NCBI RefSeq assembly: GCF_006345805.1
Contig: NC_043013.1
Coordinates: 23,064,001-23,128,000, forward strand
From: Octopus sinensis
Taxonomy: Eukaryota
Direction: 5' to 3'
DNA: 64,000 nucleotides
Shown: positions 1-12,799 of the stretch, piece by piece
Layout of the letters: the number at the start of each line of letters is the position of its first letter
Position numbering within the stretch: position 1 is the first letter of the stretch
Notes under the pieces: model-generated
Told to the model about the DNA's origin: nothing
Database searches by the model: none
Seen by the model: the letters and a program-made list of their open reading frames with translations, nothing else
Program-made: the position numbers and the translations under genes

Positions 1-300
1 CAAGAGTGAAAGTCGCTGTTCAGGGCAGAGTAGCAAAGTACTTTGGGTGTGGGGAAAAAGGGACACATAAGAAAAACGTGTCCCCAGGGCCTACAACCTG
101 AAACACAGAGAGAAAGCCAGACGGAAGCCAGTGTGCAACAGCAGAGAACGGAAGAGGAGGAGAAGCAGGAGGAGGTGATGGTGGAGACAGAGATAGACAT
201 ACACCGTCAACTTCAACGAATAAGGGGCCGAAGGAGAAGCAGTAGGAGGAGGAGACGGTGGGAGGGGAGAGAGTCACGACGGAAGAAGTAGCACTGTTGA
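1..300 (+). mobile_element. Decayed retrotransposon gag/ORF1-like fragment with a degenerate, frameshifted CCHC zinc knuckle
   Basis: YFGCGEK, then a +1 shift at position 60, then GHIRKTCP. This matches CX2CX4HX4C with the first C changed to Y, and is followed by an E/R-rich low-complexity tail. Confidence 0.6.
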
Positions 301-492
301 CGGTGAATGGCGGGGGGGGGGAAGAGAAAAAAGAAAATTATCCGTTCTTCCTCTCCCACAAACAAGAAAAAAGCCAAACATTACAAGACTTTACAAACAA
401 GAATACACATGAACATTTAACAGAAACAAACGGAAAGAACAAAAAAAAAGAAAAGCAAAAAACACTAAGCATATATATCTTTTCTACTCTTG

Positions 493-853
493 GGGGAGGG
501 GGCAGTCGATTAGACCGACCCCAGTACGCAACTGGTACTTAATTTATCGACCCCCTCCCCCGAAAGGATGAAAGGCAAAGTCGGCCTCGGCGGAATTTGA
601 ACTCAGAACGTAGCGGCAGACGAAATACCTATTTCTACTTCTTTACTACCCACAAGGGGCTAAACACAGAGGAGACAAACAAGGACAGACAAACGGATTA
701 AGTCGATTACATCGACCCCAGTGTGTAACTGGTACTTAATTTATCGACCCCGAAAGGATGAAAGGCAAAGTCGACCTCGGCGGAATTTGAACTCAGAATG
801 TAGCGGCAGACGAAATACGGCTACGCATTTCGCCCGGCGTGCTAACGTTTCTG
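493..853 (-). mobile_element. tRNA-derived SINE, family A (head ggcggcgagctggcagaaacg), with an internally duplicated 3' part
   Basis: Near-identical to copies at 4023-4423, 21054-21278 and 37839-38062; B-box-like gagttcaaattcc. Confidence 0.85.
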
Positions 854-886
854 CATATATATATTCTTAACACAACGTTGGCTATA

Positions 887-1186
887 TAAATAAATGAAGA
901 GGAGGTTAATGTGTTCACACGATGTACTTCACACCAAGCAAAGTGTCAAAGAAAATCTCTAATAATTTGTTATTTTTTTTTAAATCTTCAATTATGTTGC
1001 CTGAATCGTGGGGCACGGATGACCATCATTTCATCTTTTCATTCATTAATCATACATTTACTCATTCGAGTCCTGTATCATCCCCTCTTTGTTAGTCCCT
1101 TGTGGATAATAATAAAAAATGAGAACGTTTTGGTTGTCTCATGAAATACGTCGTGTGAACACATTAACCTCCGCTTCGTTTATTTA
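887..1186. mobile_element. 300-bp MITE with ~45-bp TIRs and TA target duplication (Tc1/mariner-type)
   Basis: 887-931 taaataaatgaagaggaggttaatgtgttcacacgatgtacttca is the reverse complement of 1142-1186 with 4 mismatches; TA at 885-886 and 1187-1188. Confidence 0.85.
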
Positions 1187-2620
1187 TACATCCAACATTG
1201 TGTTAAGGATATAGAAAGGAAACTAGAAAGGAAACCGAAATGTAGTTTCGACTCTATGAGGTATTCGGTTCCTCCTCTAAAGAATTCACCAAAATATATG
1301 AGGAAAGTATAGGAAAATATTCTTTAACGCTTTATGAAAATTTGGTCTTTTTTTCGTATACTGAAGTCAATAATTGTTTAATCATCTTTTAATATTGAGC
1401 CGTGGATCCCAGTAAGGGTCGTTAGTTATTAGCAACACGACGGGCTTCCGTACTGTTTTAAAATATAATATAATGAAATTATTGTATACAGTGCTCAGGT
1501 GCACCACAACTTGTCAGAAAGTGCATATAAAGTACATGGAGTAATGTAAAAATGTCTGAAAAGCGAACAATATATGGGTCAGATACATGCATATTTCACC
1601 CACAAAATATTGGTCAACATTGTGGATTTCATCCCTTCTCAGTATATTTGACTTTAACCGAGATTTCGTATTATACGAGTAAATAAAATTAAGATGACTC
1701 GACTAAGATCCAAACTTGTGTCCTAGCTTTGGTTCGCTGAGTGCTTACCTCTTGCCAGAAACATCACAAAAGCCATTATGCTTGACATAAAAGCCATTAC
1801 ACCCAAAATTATTCGTCGACAAAAACGATATTTTTATGCAGTTGTTTTTAATGTGGATCTTTTTTACTATTTCTGCCATATCAAGAAAATTTTTTCGTCA
1901 TTGTTCGTATTGTTGAAATCAATTGAACTTGAGAAATAAAATGCATTTAGCATCGAATCTGTTCGTGAGATGGTGACATAATTGAGAAAAGGACATGATA
2001 GTGATAGAATGAATGATTTGTGCAGAAATAATAGAAATGCATAATAGACGAGGGGAGATGCGGATGTGTAAGAGGCTGGGGGTGATAAGAGCGGTAAAGG
2101 AAGAAGGAAAGAAATTGTAGAGCATAAAGAAGCAGACGACCCAGTGTGAAAGAGAGAGGGGGAGAGGGAGACGAGGAAAGAGAAAGATGGTAGGACGAGG
2201 CTTAAAGTGGATCGAAGAGAAGAAAGAGTTACAAGAGAAGATAAAAATATATTGAACAGAAGAGCGAATGAAAGAACTTTAGAAGAGAAAGACTTGTGAA
2301 GTAAGTGAGATTGTTGAGGAACGAGAGAGAGAATAGAAGAAAAAGCATGGATAACAGAGATAAATGAGAAGCATAGAAAAATGGTGGAGACGAAGAAAGA
2401 GGAATATAATGTAGCAGAAGGCGGAGTGGATGAATGCGGAAAAGGACAGGGAATAGATTGGAGACGGGGTAATGTGTGGAAGGACAGAGAAATGGTTGAG
2501 AGAGAAGGATAAAAGAAGAGAAAAAGAGAAGAGACTGATGAAAAAGAAGGGGAAGCAGGCAGAGGAAGAGACAGAGAGACGAGAAAGAGAAATGCAGAGA
2601 AGAGAAATAGAGATGGAGAA

Positions 2621-2661
<41 letters not shown>

Positions 2662-2693
2662 AACGGCTTGAAAAAACAAAATAATATTTACAT

Positions 2694-3100
2694 AGGCGCA
2701 GGAGTGGCTGTGTGGAAAGTAGCTTGCTAACCAACCACATGGTTCCGGGTTCAGTCCCACTGCGTGGCATCTTGGGCAAGTATCTTCTGCTATAGCCCCG
2801 GGCCGACCAATGCCTTGTGAGTGGATTTGGTAGACGGAAACTGAAAGAAGCCTGTCGTATATATGTATATATATATATATGGGGGGGGGTTGTGTGTCTG
2901 TGTTTGTCCCCCTAGCATTGCTTGACAACCGATGCTGGTGTGTTTACGTCCCCGTAACTTAGCGGTTCGGCAAAAGAGACCGATAGAATAAGTACTGGGC
3001 TTACAAAGAATAAGTCCCGGGGTCGATTTGCTCGACTAAAGGCGGTGCTCCAGCATGGCCGCAGTCAAATGACTGAAACAAGTAAAAGAGTAAAAGAGTA
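2694..3100 (+). mobile_element. Full-length tRNA-derived SINE, family C (ggcgcaggagtggctgtgtgg ... gtaaaagagtaaaagag)
   Basis: A/B-box-like head and an internal (TA)/(TG) microsatellite; a reverse copy lies at 50570-50960 and fragments at about 31760-31940, 52730-52850 and 57770-57870. Confidence 0.85.
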
Positions 3101-3210
3101 TGGGTTTTTGTGTATAAGTTTATTATTGTTCATGTATGTGTGCATGTTTATAGGAATTTGTAAGGGTGTGTGTTTGTATCTGAATGTATGAGTGTGTAAA
3201 TATGTTTTGG

Positions 3211-3249
<39 letters not shown>

Positions 3250-3469
3250 GTGGGGGAAGCAATGCCGAGAACAAAATGACCGAAAAAAGAAAAAAAATTA
3301 ATAAAAGTTGAATTTTGTAAATAAACTGAAAAAAGTTGCTGCTGGTTTAAAAGTTAATGTGAAGGTTCGCATTAAGCTCGCGGATTAGCCGACATGTGAT
3401 TATCTAAGATTAGCATTTTAATTCCCTCACGTTATGTGTTGTTTATATAATTATGTCGGTGATAACATG

Positions 3470-5060
3470 GTGGGATCCATTCCTGTAGAGAATGGTAACA
3501 AGCAAGCTGACATCCTCGCCCCAACTCTCGTTTCCTTGTATATTGTTGTTCCTCTCACTCATGCTTTTGCCACGGATTGCTCTTCTGGAATATATCAGAG
3601 GCACTGATCTTCCAGTCGTCTCCTCAACTTGCGTCGATTTGCTGCCAAATCGAAAGTCTTTCGATCTCTCACTCGTGACTTCTTTTATACGGATGATTGC
3701 ACTTTAATTATTCATACAGCTAAGATATGCAAATTCTTATGGATCCTATTTCTCATCTTGCAAGGCATTTGGACACTGTGTTAGCGTGGATAAAACTGTT
3801 GTAATTCCGGTCTGCGCCAAGAAACACGTATGTGAAACCGTTTGTCTTAGTTGAAGGAACTGTACCGAAAATGGTAGACAAGTTTGTCTACCTGGGCAGC
3901 AGACTCAACCATTCTTGCTCCTTGGATGATGAAATATCAGAAGACAACTGATTCCTTCGGAGTTCTTGAGTCTCATATCTGGTTCCAGCATGGTATCATA
4001 AGGCGAACAATATTTGCTGTGTGCAAGGCGGCGAGCTGGCAGAAACGTTAGCACGCCGGGTGAAATGCTTAACGGTATTTCGTCTGTCGTTACGTTGTGA
4101 GTTCAAATTCCGCCGAGGTTGACTTTGCCGTTCATCCTTTCGGGGTCGATAAATTAAGTACCAGTTCCGCACTGGGGTCGATGTAATCGACTTAATACCT
4201 ATGTCTGTCCTTGTTTGTCCCCTCTATGTTTAGCCCCTTGTGGGTAATAAAGAAATAGGTATTTCGTCTGTCTTTACGTTCTGAGTTCAAATTCCGCCGA
4301 GGTCGACTTTGCCTTTCATCCTTTCGGGGGTCAATAAATTAAGTACCAGTTGCGTGCTGGGGTCGATGTAATCGATTGACCCCCTCTCCAAAACTTTCGG
4401 GCTTTGTGCCTAGAGTAGAAAAAAATATTTGCTGTGTACCGTGCGTGTGTGATGACGTCATTCCGTTACTCATGTGAGACATGGACCCTTTACAAGCATC
4501 CCGTAAGGGCTCTTGAACACTTCCATCAGAGATGTCTGAGACACAATCTAAATTTTGGTTGGTCCCTGTCGACTCCAGACACTGAGATCATGGGGGAACC
4601 GACGTTCTGAGCATTGAAGCAAAGGTGCACAAGTAGCGTTTACGGTTGATTGCACACCTTGTTCGCATGAATGATCGGAGGATGCCTTAGCAATTCTATA
4701 AGGTGACCTTGTTTGTGGAAAGCGATCCCAGCAGAGAACAAGACTACAATTTAAGAAAGCATGTGAAATATGAGGGGTCAATTGGTGAAGCAATGCTTGT
4801 CGTAATCACCAATGGAGGAAAGGGAACAAAGAGTGGGTGTTTTTAAAAGCAGAATTTAAGCAGCTGAGAAAGGCATTGCTAGCGTAGGGAATGGCGGAAG
4901 CTTGACCTGCAGCATCTGCGGACGTCTATGTTTATTAAAAGCTGCGCTCGCGAGTCACCAGCGGAGCCACAAGTATAAATTCGTCTCAGTGCACAATGTT
5001 CTTCATGGCCTATGAAAGTTTTCCTCGGTCACGCATCGTCAGAAATAAACACCTAAACAC
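3470..5060 (+). mobile_element. Decayed RTE-clade LINE (RT 3' half plus C-terminal zinc-finger-like motif), interrupted by a SINE
   Basis: Frameshifted translations KQADILAPTL, LLNLRRFAAKSKV, FYTDDC (YADD-like), YSCETWTLYKH..LEHFHQRCLR and LTCSICGRLCLLKAALASHQRSH, all typical of RTE ORFs. Confidence 0.85.
4023..4423 (+). mobile_element. SINE family A inserted in the RTE with a 14-bp TSD
   Basis: aatatttgctgtgt at 4009-4022 and again at 4424-4437. Confidence 0.9.
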
Positions 5061-5584
5061 CGAAAGCTAGGCCGCAATCTCGTCGAATGAAATTGGTTGT
5101 AAACATTTATATTCGTTACCAAAGCTGCTTCTGCTGTTGCTGACAGGTCATTTATATTCAGCTCGACAGCTTTTTGCGACATCAGTCTGTGTAGTCAGTG
5201 TTAAGCATTGTGGCTCTGTCGAGATTTCAACTATTTTGTGCTTTTTAGCATTATTCGTCTATAAAAGATAATTTCCCAGGACGATTACAGTAGTTTACAC
5301 AGCCCATCCAAGTTATGTGGGATTTACTAATTGATATTTGTTCAAAAGACTGCTTCCATTGCTAATAGCTAACATATATATATATATACGCGGAGTAGAC
5401 GAAACAGGGACAACTGAAGAAGGGGAATATTCATTATGTTGCCTGTCTTGTACTCTGTTTTTTCGTTTCTCATTGTGTTCAACGTTTTTTTTTATGTCCT
5501 GTACCCATATATGCATGTATATATGCATATAGATGTAGGTACGTACATATATGTATGTATATATGCATATATTTATATATTATT

Positions 5585-5620
<36 letters not shown>

Positions 5621-5663
5621 TCAAGTAAAATCAATGCTTCGTACGACTTTACAGACACACACA

Positions 5664-5705
<42 letters not shown>

Positions 5706-8054
5706 ACACATACATACATACATACATACATACATACATACATCCATCCATCCATCTATCTATCTATCTATCTATCGCAGTGGATGTAATAATTTATCTA
5801 GCAGTGAGACTGCTAACAGCCCTGAGTTCGGTTCAAGTGTTACGAAAAGAAAAGGCTGAACTTTTGGCAAGATATGAGGCGGAGATCTGATAATGAAACT
5901 TGAAACATTTCAGTGGTGAGAAGAGCAGCCGCTGATAGAAACCTTTTGCAAAGAAGACGAAGATAAAAGTCTACAACACTTCTCTACCAAATTATCTTGT
6001 TACAACTACTAACACTGCATAAAGGCGGTGTCGGGCCAGAATCGTTAGAGTAGCGGACTAAGCACGTTTGCAATATTTAATTCCTTTCTGGGTTCAATCT
6101 GACAGCGCGGCTTCTTGGTGTCTTTTGTCATAGCTTCGGGTTGACGAAAATTTTGTAAGGTTTGATAAAGGAAAATTGGGGAAATCCGTCGAAAGGACAG
6201 TTCTGTATTTGAGGTGATGGCCTTAATCTATTGCCCGGTTTAACACTACCAACTGGCCCCTTCTGTGCTTTTAGCGAAACCTATTCTATACAAGGATTCA
6301 AACAGTTTCCAGTCTCTTTTCACAAGTCTCAGAGATATAGAAAATGGATTTATATATCGGAGATATAGCATATTGGATTTCTATGAATCTCTTTATAAAA
6401 CCAAGGCAGATGTTTTGTTCCTTATGGTTTATTCCAGTTGGTGGTCCAGGCTGGACAGGCATAATGTGTGATAGATTTATAACTTGTACTTTTGATTTTT
6501 TTCAGATACAAATTAAAATAATCTCGGAGTAAATTAAACAGAAGATTCTTAGATAAAACATATTAGATATCTGTTTTGGACTCTTTGAACTTATCCGTTT
6601 TCAATACAGTGTTTACCTACAGATGGCAAAAGTCAGTCTCGAAGTAACGATAGCTTCACTCAGGCTACAAAAACTTACGTATCGCGAGGTATCAAAAAAG
6701 CTAACAGGAACCATACAAAGAGTCGCCAACTGAAAATTCGTATCCGTGTTCTATCAGCTGTTGACAAAAAGCTTGGAATCTTTTCGTACATACAACACAT
6801 CTATACTATAATTGTTATATTGATAAAGACACCAAAATAGAATTAGTTACGCAGGAACCGTACATCACATTTGTGGAAATATCTGTGAATGCAATCAAGA
6901 ACAAAGAACACAAACATTTCGTATCATCTGCTGAGCAGGACAAAATAATATCCACAACATTGAAGAATCTTCGTGAATATTTACATTCAACATATAGATT
7001 GTTTGAACGAATTCTAGCAAATCATTTTGAAGAAATATTTTACTCAAACAAATACTTTTACGACCGGAATAACTCTGTTTCCTAATTTCAAATTCAGTTA
7101 TTTCCATAAACTCATGAAAGATGGTTTGATACTTGTTCAAGAGGTTCCAGATTAGTGTTTACATAATTAATCGAAATAGGAAATAGGGTTTGTTGGCATT
7201 ATTCAATTAGAAAATTATTTAATTGAATCCGAAAATATTTCAACTTGTTTCGCGATTATCTTTGATTCGAGATTATTTTTAATTTTCATCTACTCGAAAC
7301 GTGTCGAGCTGTTCTCTTTGTGTAGGTCTTAATGAGATTGGATGGAGAGTGCAAGATCTGTGAAAAGTGGTCATGCTTGCAGTGGCGTGAATCTATGTTG
7401 CTGGTGGAAAAAGTGGGTGTTGACAATTCTTCTGTTATTGAATTCTATGAATGGTGATTCCGTCTGTTGCTGGAAGTTGTCCCTACGAAATTTTTCGAAG
7501 TCTCTGAAAATCTTTTATTTTGCTCCTTGATTGAATTTATGATAATGGAGAGGTGATCAGCTGGAGATTGGGGGGGGGGAGCGGTTATGATGGCTAAGTC
7601 TGTGGAATATAACGCAATGTCTGCAGAAAAGTTCTTGTGTTTCTTTCGTTGAGTGTGTTGATACTGGTTGTTTAGTGTACAACGGTTATTTAGCTACCAG
7701 ACAATTGCACTTCCTCTTGTGTTGGCTGTATTGTTTTTGTGCCAGGATGTGCTGTAGACATTGAAACATTCTCTAGTTATGAGGTTTGGGAATGTCTTAT
7801 GATTTTAACGTTGGAAGTATAACATAAATGGTTGGTTAATGAAGTTCTTTAATAGACACAATAGATTCAGCACATTAAACTTCTTTCCTTTTTTTTTTGT
7901 TTTGGAGGTGCATTTCTCGTATGTTGCATTGGGTTTCAGTTTATGCATACGTTTGAAACACTGGCGACCTAACACTAACTAAACTGGCATGATTTAGAAT
8001 ATGCATGGTTGAATCTAATGAGGTTATCGTAAACATCAGATTTTAAAATAAATT

Positions 8055-8160
8055 ATAGAAAACTAGTAGTATCACCCGGTGTTGCTTGGGTTTGTTTCGA
8101 CCCTTTAGAATTGGAATTTTTGAAAAGTAAAAATGTTGCATTATGCAACTTGTTATTCTC
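8055..8160 (+). mobile_element. 5' fragment of a Helitron-like non-autonomous family
   Basis: actagtagtatcacccggtgttgcttgggtttgt matches the start of the copy at 52990. Confidence 0.55.
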
Positions 8161-8350
8161 AAGGTTCACAGACAATCGGTGGACCCGTGTAGTTGTCGAG
8201 TGGCACCTGCGCAAACGGAAGAGACCACTCGGAAGACCTCCAATCAGGTTGGAAGATGGGATTTTTTTTATGTTTGGAACGTGGAGAATGGCGTGAGCAC
8301 GAGGGGAATGGACCGAATGCTGTGACAAGCAGAGACGACTTGACACCAGA
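8160..8350 (+). mobile_element. Non-LTR retrotransposon C-terminal fragment
   Basis: RFTDNRWTRVVVEWHLRKRKRPLGRPPIRLED resembles the RW...EW.PR..KR..GRP..RW.D motif at the end of RTE/CR1-like ORF2. Confidence 0.7.
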
Positions 8351-8367
8351 CAGCCTCACCGATCTAG

Positions 8368-8414
<47 letters not shown>

Positions 8415-8510
8415 CTTAAAACTCAGAAACCGAACGACCTACTGAATTCTCGAACTGAGATTTTCACTAAATGTAAGCATCTGGATAAGTTTCTATTATC
8501 ATCCATGCTC
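8415..8510 (+). mobile_element. Penelope-like element C-terminal fragment
   Basis: DLLNSRTEIFTKCKHLDKFLL resembles the LLN.R.E....C.H..K.LL terminus of Penelope-like GIY-YIG ORFs. Confidence 0.6.
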
Positions 8511-9228
8511 CTTTGTTTTCTTTCTTCATTTACTTTTTTCCTGTTCTCTATCGTTTTTCCCAGAACAACCACGTTCTATTTTCAGCCTGAAATACTGCTC
8601 GATATACATGGCATGTTACATGATAATACAATTGTCGTCCGACAATTATATTATCAGAGACATGAAATTTATTGTAGCTCGCATTTTAAAATCTCTCCCT
8701 GGATTGACATTTTTCTTGATCTCACCGTACAACAGTACACTATATGTATATCAACTTGATACTGTGTGGACTGAGATCCGGGTTAACAGGGTTCTGATAT
8801 TAGGGTTAACAAGGTATGCAAATTAGAATATCACCAGTTAAAATACGACACCAGGTCGCCAGATATTAATGCACGAGGATGCTATGGATGTACAAGATAT
8901 ACAGCCGTGTATATACACGATATACAAGATATACACCACTGGAGACGGTTGATATATAATTTGGGTCTTTTCCAAGACCAGGACTTGAACTCAGCACTAC
9001 AAGCTGCCTCTGCTCACAACAATGAACCAAAATGTTAATTTCTTTGATAATCATTATTGGATTGCTGTTTCCATGTATTTTAGTTTTACCTTTAGGATTA
9101 AGCAACCTTTTGGCAGCCCCTAAACCCACACAGCATGTCTGCGATGCTATGCATTCCACTGCTTCAATATCACTGAACTAAACACATCAATGCAAGATTA
9201 GAAAATATGCAACAAACACAGACCGTAC

Positions 9229-9612
9229 GACAGGCACCCATGCCAACCCCCTTTGCTTGTGAAGACATGTTGGGGCAAGCGAAATCGAATTGAACCAGCC
9301 AGGATCCCTGGTCTGGTGGTACGTAAAAAGCACTATCCGACTCGTGGCCGATGCCAGCACCGCCTCATAAAATACACCAATCTGACCGTGGCCGTTGCCA
9401 GCCTCGCCTGGCACCTGTGCAGGTGGCACGTAAAAAGCACCCACTACACTCACGGAGTGGTTGGCGTTAGGAAGGGCATCCAGCTGTAGAAACATTGCCA
9501 GATTAGACTGGAGCCTGGTGCAGCCTTCTGGCTTCCCAGAACCCCGGTCGAACTGTCCAACCCATGCTAGCATGGAGAACGGACGTTAAACGATGATGAT
9601 GATGATGATGAT
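9229..9612 (+). mobile_element. Retroposon family B with (GAT)n tail (core ggttggcgttaggaagggcatccagctgtagaaac)
   Basis: Plus-strand copies at about 48226-48570, 55470-55825 and 61795-62072; minus-strand copies at about 18413-18520, 24122-24476, 28031-28570, 42621-42880, 55945-56310 and 63475-64000. Confidence 0.85.
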
Positions 9613-11790
9613 GAAACACAATATTTTGTTGTGTCTCGACATTGTTAAAGAATATAGTTAAATGTAAATGTATTACATCACAGGGAAGTTAGTATTGATG
9701 GACTTTATGCAAGGAGCATTAAAGACAGGAAATAATTATGCTGTCTGCGAATAAAAAGAAAAGAACAATATTAGAAATACTAACACTAGCGCTGGTGATT
9801 GTTGTTCGTTTCCAGTGTTTCAATAAAAAGTTCTTACTTAATCAAGGTAGTGCAGAAATACTGTTGGAGTTCTAGCCTTGAATCGTCTTAGGTACCGGTG
9901 TACTTCTGTTTGGTTAGCTATAAAATGGGGTAAAAACAAAACTCAGGCTTTTTACAGATAAACATTGCTTCATTTTGTGCTAAATCCCTTTCTTTGTTTT
10001 CAGAAATTATGTTCGCCTTTCCATCGCATATGTTTTTTAAAACGTTTGACTGAGCCTCTGCAGATTCTGAGCCCACCCAGAGGTGCAGCTGCCCTGGGTA
10101 ATTAATCATCGCAAATTTGGCGGCTTTGGTGAAGATGAAGGGGGAGCATGTTAGAAAATCGATAAAGACCACCATGAAAGCAAATCTTCACCAACAAAAT
10201 GAAATGAATAATCAGGGCTGACAAAGTTTTCAAATTTCGTAGCGAGCGGAAAAATGTGACTGGAAATTAATTAGCATCTCAATTTTCACTCATATCTCAA
10301 AACACTAAAGCATGAAATTTCGCTTAAGAAAATCTTTGTATTTTAGGTCATTTGTACTTCAAGTTAGGACTAAAAGGAAAGGTTGCAGTCAATTTAAATG
10401 CGGAAACCTGCAAGGAATAGTTTTATTGAGTTTCCACTGATTGATTGGCAATTTTGGTAAATTTGAATCAAATTAAGATTTCTTGCACCAAAAGGATCAC
10501 CCTGATAACCCTATGCCCCTGCTGTGTAGGTAGCAAATAATTCGATCGTAGGCTGAATGCAAACAAAGGTTTTTTATTAAAATTCCTTTGCGGGGGGGCA
10601 ACTGACCCATTTTTCATTTTTAATCCTTCTTGAATAAAACATCCTGGGTTCTCTCGCTGGATAACTTAAATCAACAGAAAGCATAAAAGTAAAGCCCTTC
10701 ATTGAATAGGCTCCAACTCTTTTATGGCACACTTAAGGAATGATAGCATATCAAGTATATTTGGTCTTTCATGAAAATCTCGTTCTCTTGTCATTCACTT
10801 GGTCTAACACGTTAATTATTCCCTGCATTTCTCAAATCAAAAAAGCGTGCACATTTAAAAGCCAAAACATATAACACTTCGCAAAACACAAAAATGCACT
10901 GAGACAGACAGACTGTCTGCAAATGCGCATGCGCATTCAACTGTCAAGGGTAAAATTATCTCCATCCAATCAAAAAACAGCTGGCAGTCTATTGGCGTAT
11001 CAAGCTGTACTCATGCACCGCGTACAAATTTCTATGTTTTAGCGATTTTGAATGGATATACCCATAACTTATGGGCATAAGGGGTTGGTTTATCGATTTT
11101 TTTAATGGCTTTCTGGAGTGACTGGGTAACTGAAAAGATCTTCACGACCCCCCTCAGACAGTTTTGAAAGCCCATAGAAAATGCAAGCCTTTTACGTGAA
11201 AGACTGTGGATTTGTATAAAGGACACACAGACATTTTGCCGTTTATAGATCTAGAGATTTTCTGATTTAAGAAGGCAGCTGTGGATTTTAGTAGGAGTCA
11301 GTTAAATCAACTCCTTATACTTGATTGGTACTTTACCAACCTAGAACTGGTACAAATGAGCATTGAAGAAATAAATGGCAAATGTGATTCCACAAAAGAT
11401 AGGAAGGAAGAATATATGGCAATATTACTAAATAACCATGGCATGGTTTTGTAAATGGAGGATTGAGGAAGGGAGCCATCTACATGTACCGAAGGCAAGT
11501 GATTAAATATTGTGTAATCATTCCCAGAGAATCCATGGAATCCAACAGTGAATCTGTTTTGATAAGACACAAGACAAGATTGGAAGGTAACAAACTAGCA
11601 GAACCATTGATTGGGTTTCACATTGAACGTCTGTGGTATTTAGTCAACTTTCTGCACTTGTGTTCAAATCTAGTTGAGGTTCACTTTGTTACCCAGGGTC
11701 ATTAAAATACAATAGCAATCAAGTACTATATTTTATCAACTCCAAAGCAAGGCTTTTCTCTCCCTCCCCCTCACTCTATATATATATATA

Positions 11791-11940
11791 CTTTATTTAA
11801 AAGCAGCAGAAATTCAACAAAACCTGTTACTCAGAGTTTCACGTTCCCGTTTGTCGGACAGTTTTTGTACTGTCCGACAAACGGGAACGTGAAACTCCAA
11901 GTAACAGGTTTTGTTGAATTTCTGCTGCTTTTACATAAAG
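11791..11940. repeat. 150-nt near-perfect inverted repeat (72-bp arms, 6-nt loop)
   Basis: Arms 11791-11862 and 11869-11940 are complementary with 3 mismatches. Confidence 0.92.
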
Positions 11941-12799
11941 CATATTACTCTACCCCTGGTATTTGAGTACTCTTTTTTCCACCTTGTTTCACATTTATGT
12001 GTTTACTCTGGTATATATATATATATATATAAATACCTTTAATTCAAAAGTCACACCTCATCAAATTGTATCACTGTTAAATGTGTTAAATTTGCTCACC
12101 TGTTGATCAGACAACCAACCACTAGTTTATTAAACCTCAGCATATTACTGGTAGTTTTTTTTTTTAAACCAATGTTGGAGAAATAAAAATCCAAATTGAC
12201 CGAGAATTCAAACTGAAGAGGAATTCATACCAAAACCCTGCAGAGTGCTTAATATGGAGTCCTTATCGTTCTGCTTCCTTCCCTAACAATAAAAATACAA
12301 ATTTCTTCTGACACTGACATTAACAAATGAAAGTTTTTATAATAAACATTTACCAAAATATGCCTTAAAGGCATTTTATGTCTGTCTTTACCATTTCCCA
12401 CGTTGGCATGAGTTTGCTGAGCCTCACTAGATTTCACCACAAGTGGCAGCCCCTCATCACTGGACACAAAGCTACAAAGAAAACTGCTAATCATTTAGTG
12501 TCACGTTTGTGGTTTTCTTCTACCCTAAAGGAAAGTTTCAAATCCCAGGCTTCACTTGCCTCTCTGTTCAACAGCCACAAATATTACCGAAAATATTATA
12601 GGCACAATGGCTGAATTTTGGGAGGAAGTGCTAGAGTCAATTGAATCAAACTTAGTACTTGACTAATTACTGTGTTTTAAAAAAGCCTAGCAATGAAAAG
12701 TTGATTCAAACTCAGAATCTAAATCTACCAAAGCACTATAATGTATTTGGCTCAACACTTTACTGAGTGTCACAAAATAAATGAGGGCCCCATTAGAAT

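Noticed and set aside
1867-2928. Longest ORF in the track (353 aa, minus strand)
   Set aside because: It is the antisense reading of a purine-rich low-complexity tract plus a SINE; it is S/L/F-biased with no domain. The plus strand is probably a decayed retroelement, but I could not assign a family.
5436-5890. HT/YI/CV-repeat ORFs here and at 14376-15072, 36075-36561 and elsewhere
   Set aside because: They are translations of dinucleotide microsatellites.
9187-9573. Recurrent ORFs such as [17 protein letters not shown] and [13 protein letters not shown] (also 24242, 28046, 61793, 63625)
   Set aside because: These are chance frames in the family B repeat, with frameshifts differing between copies.
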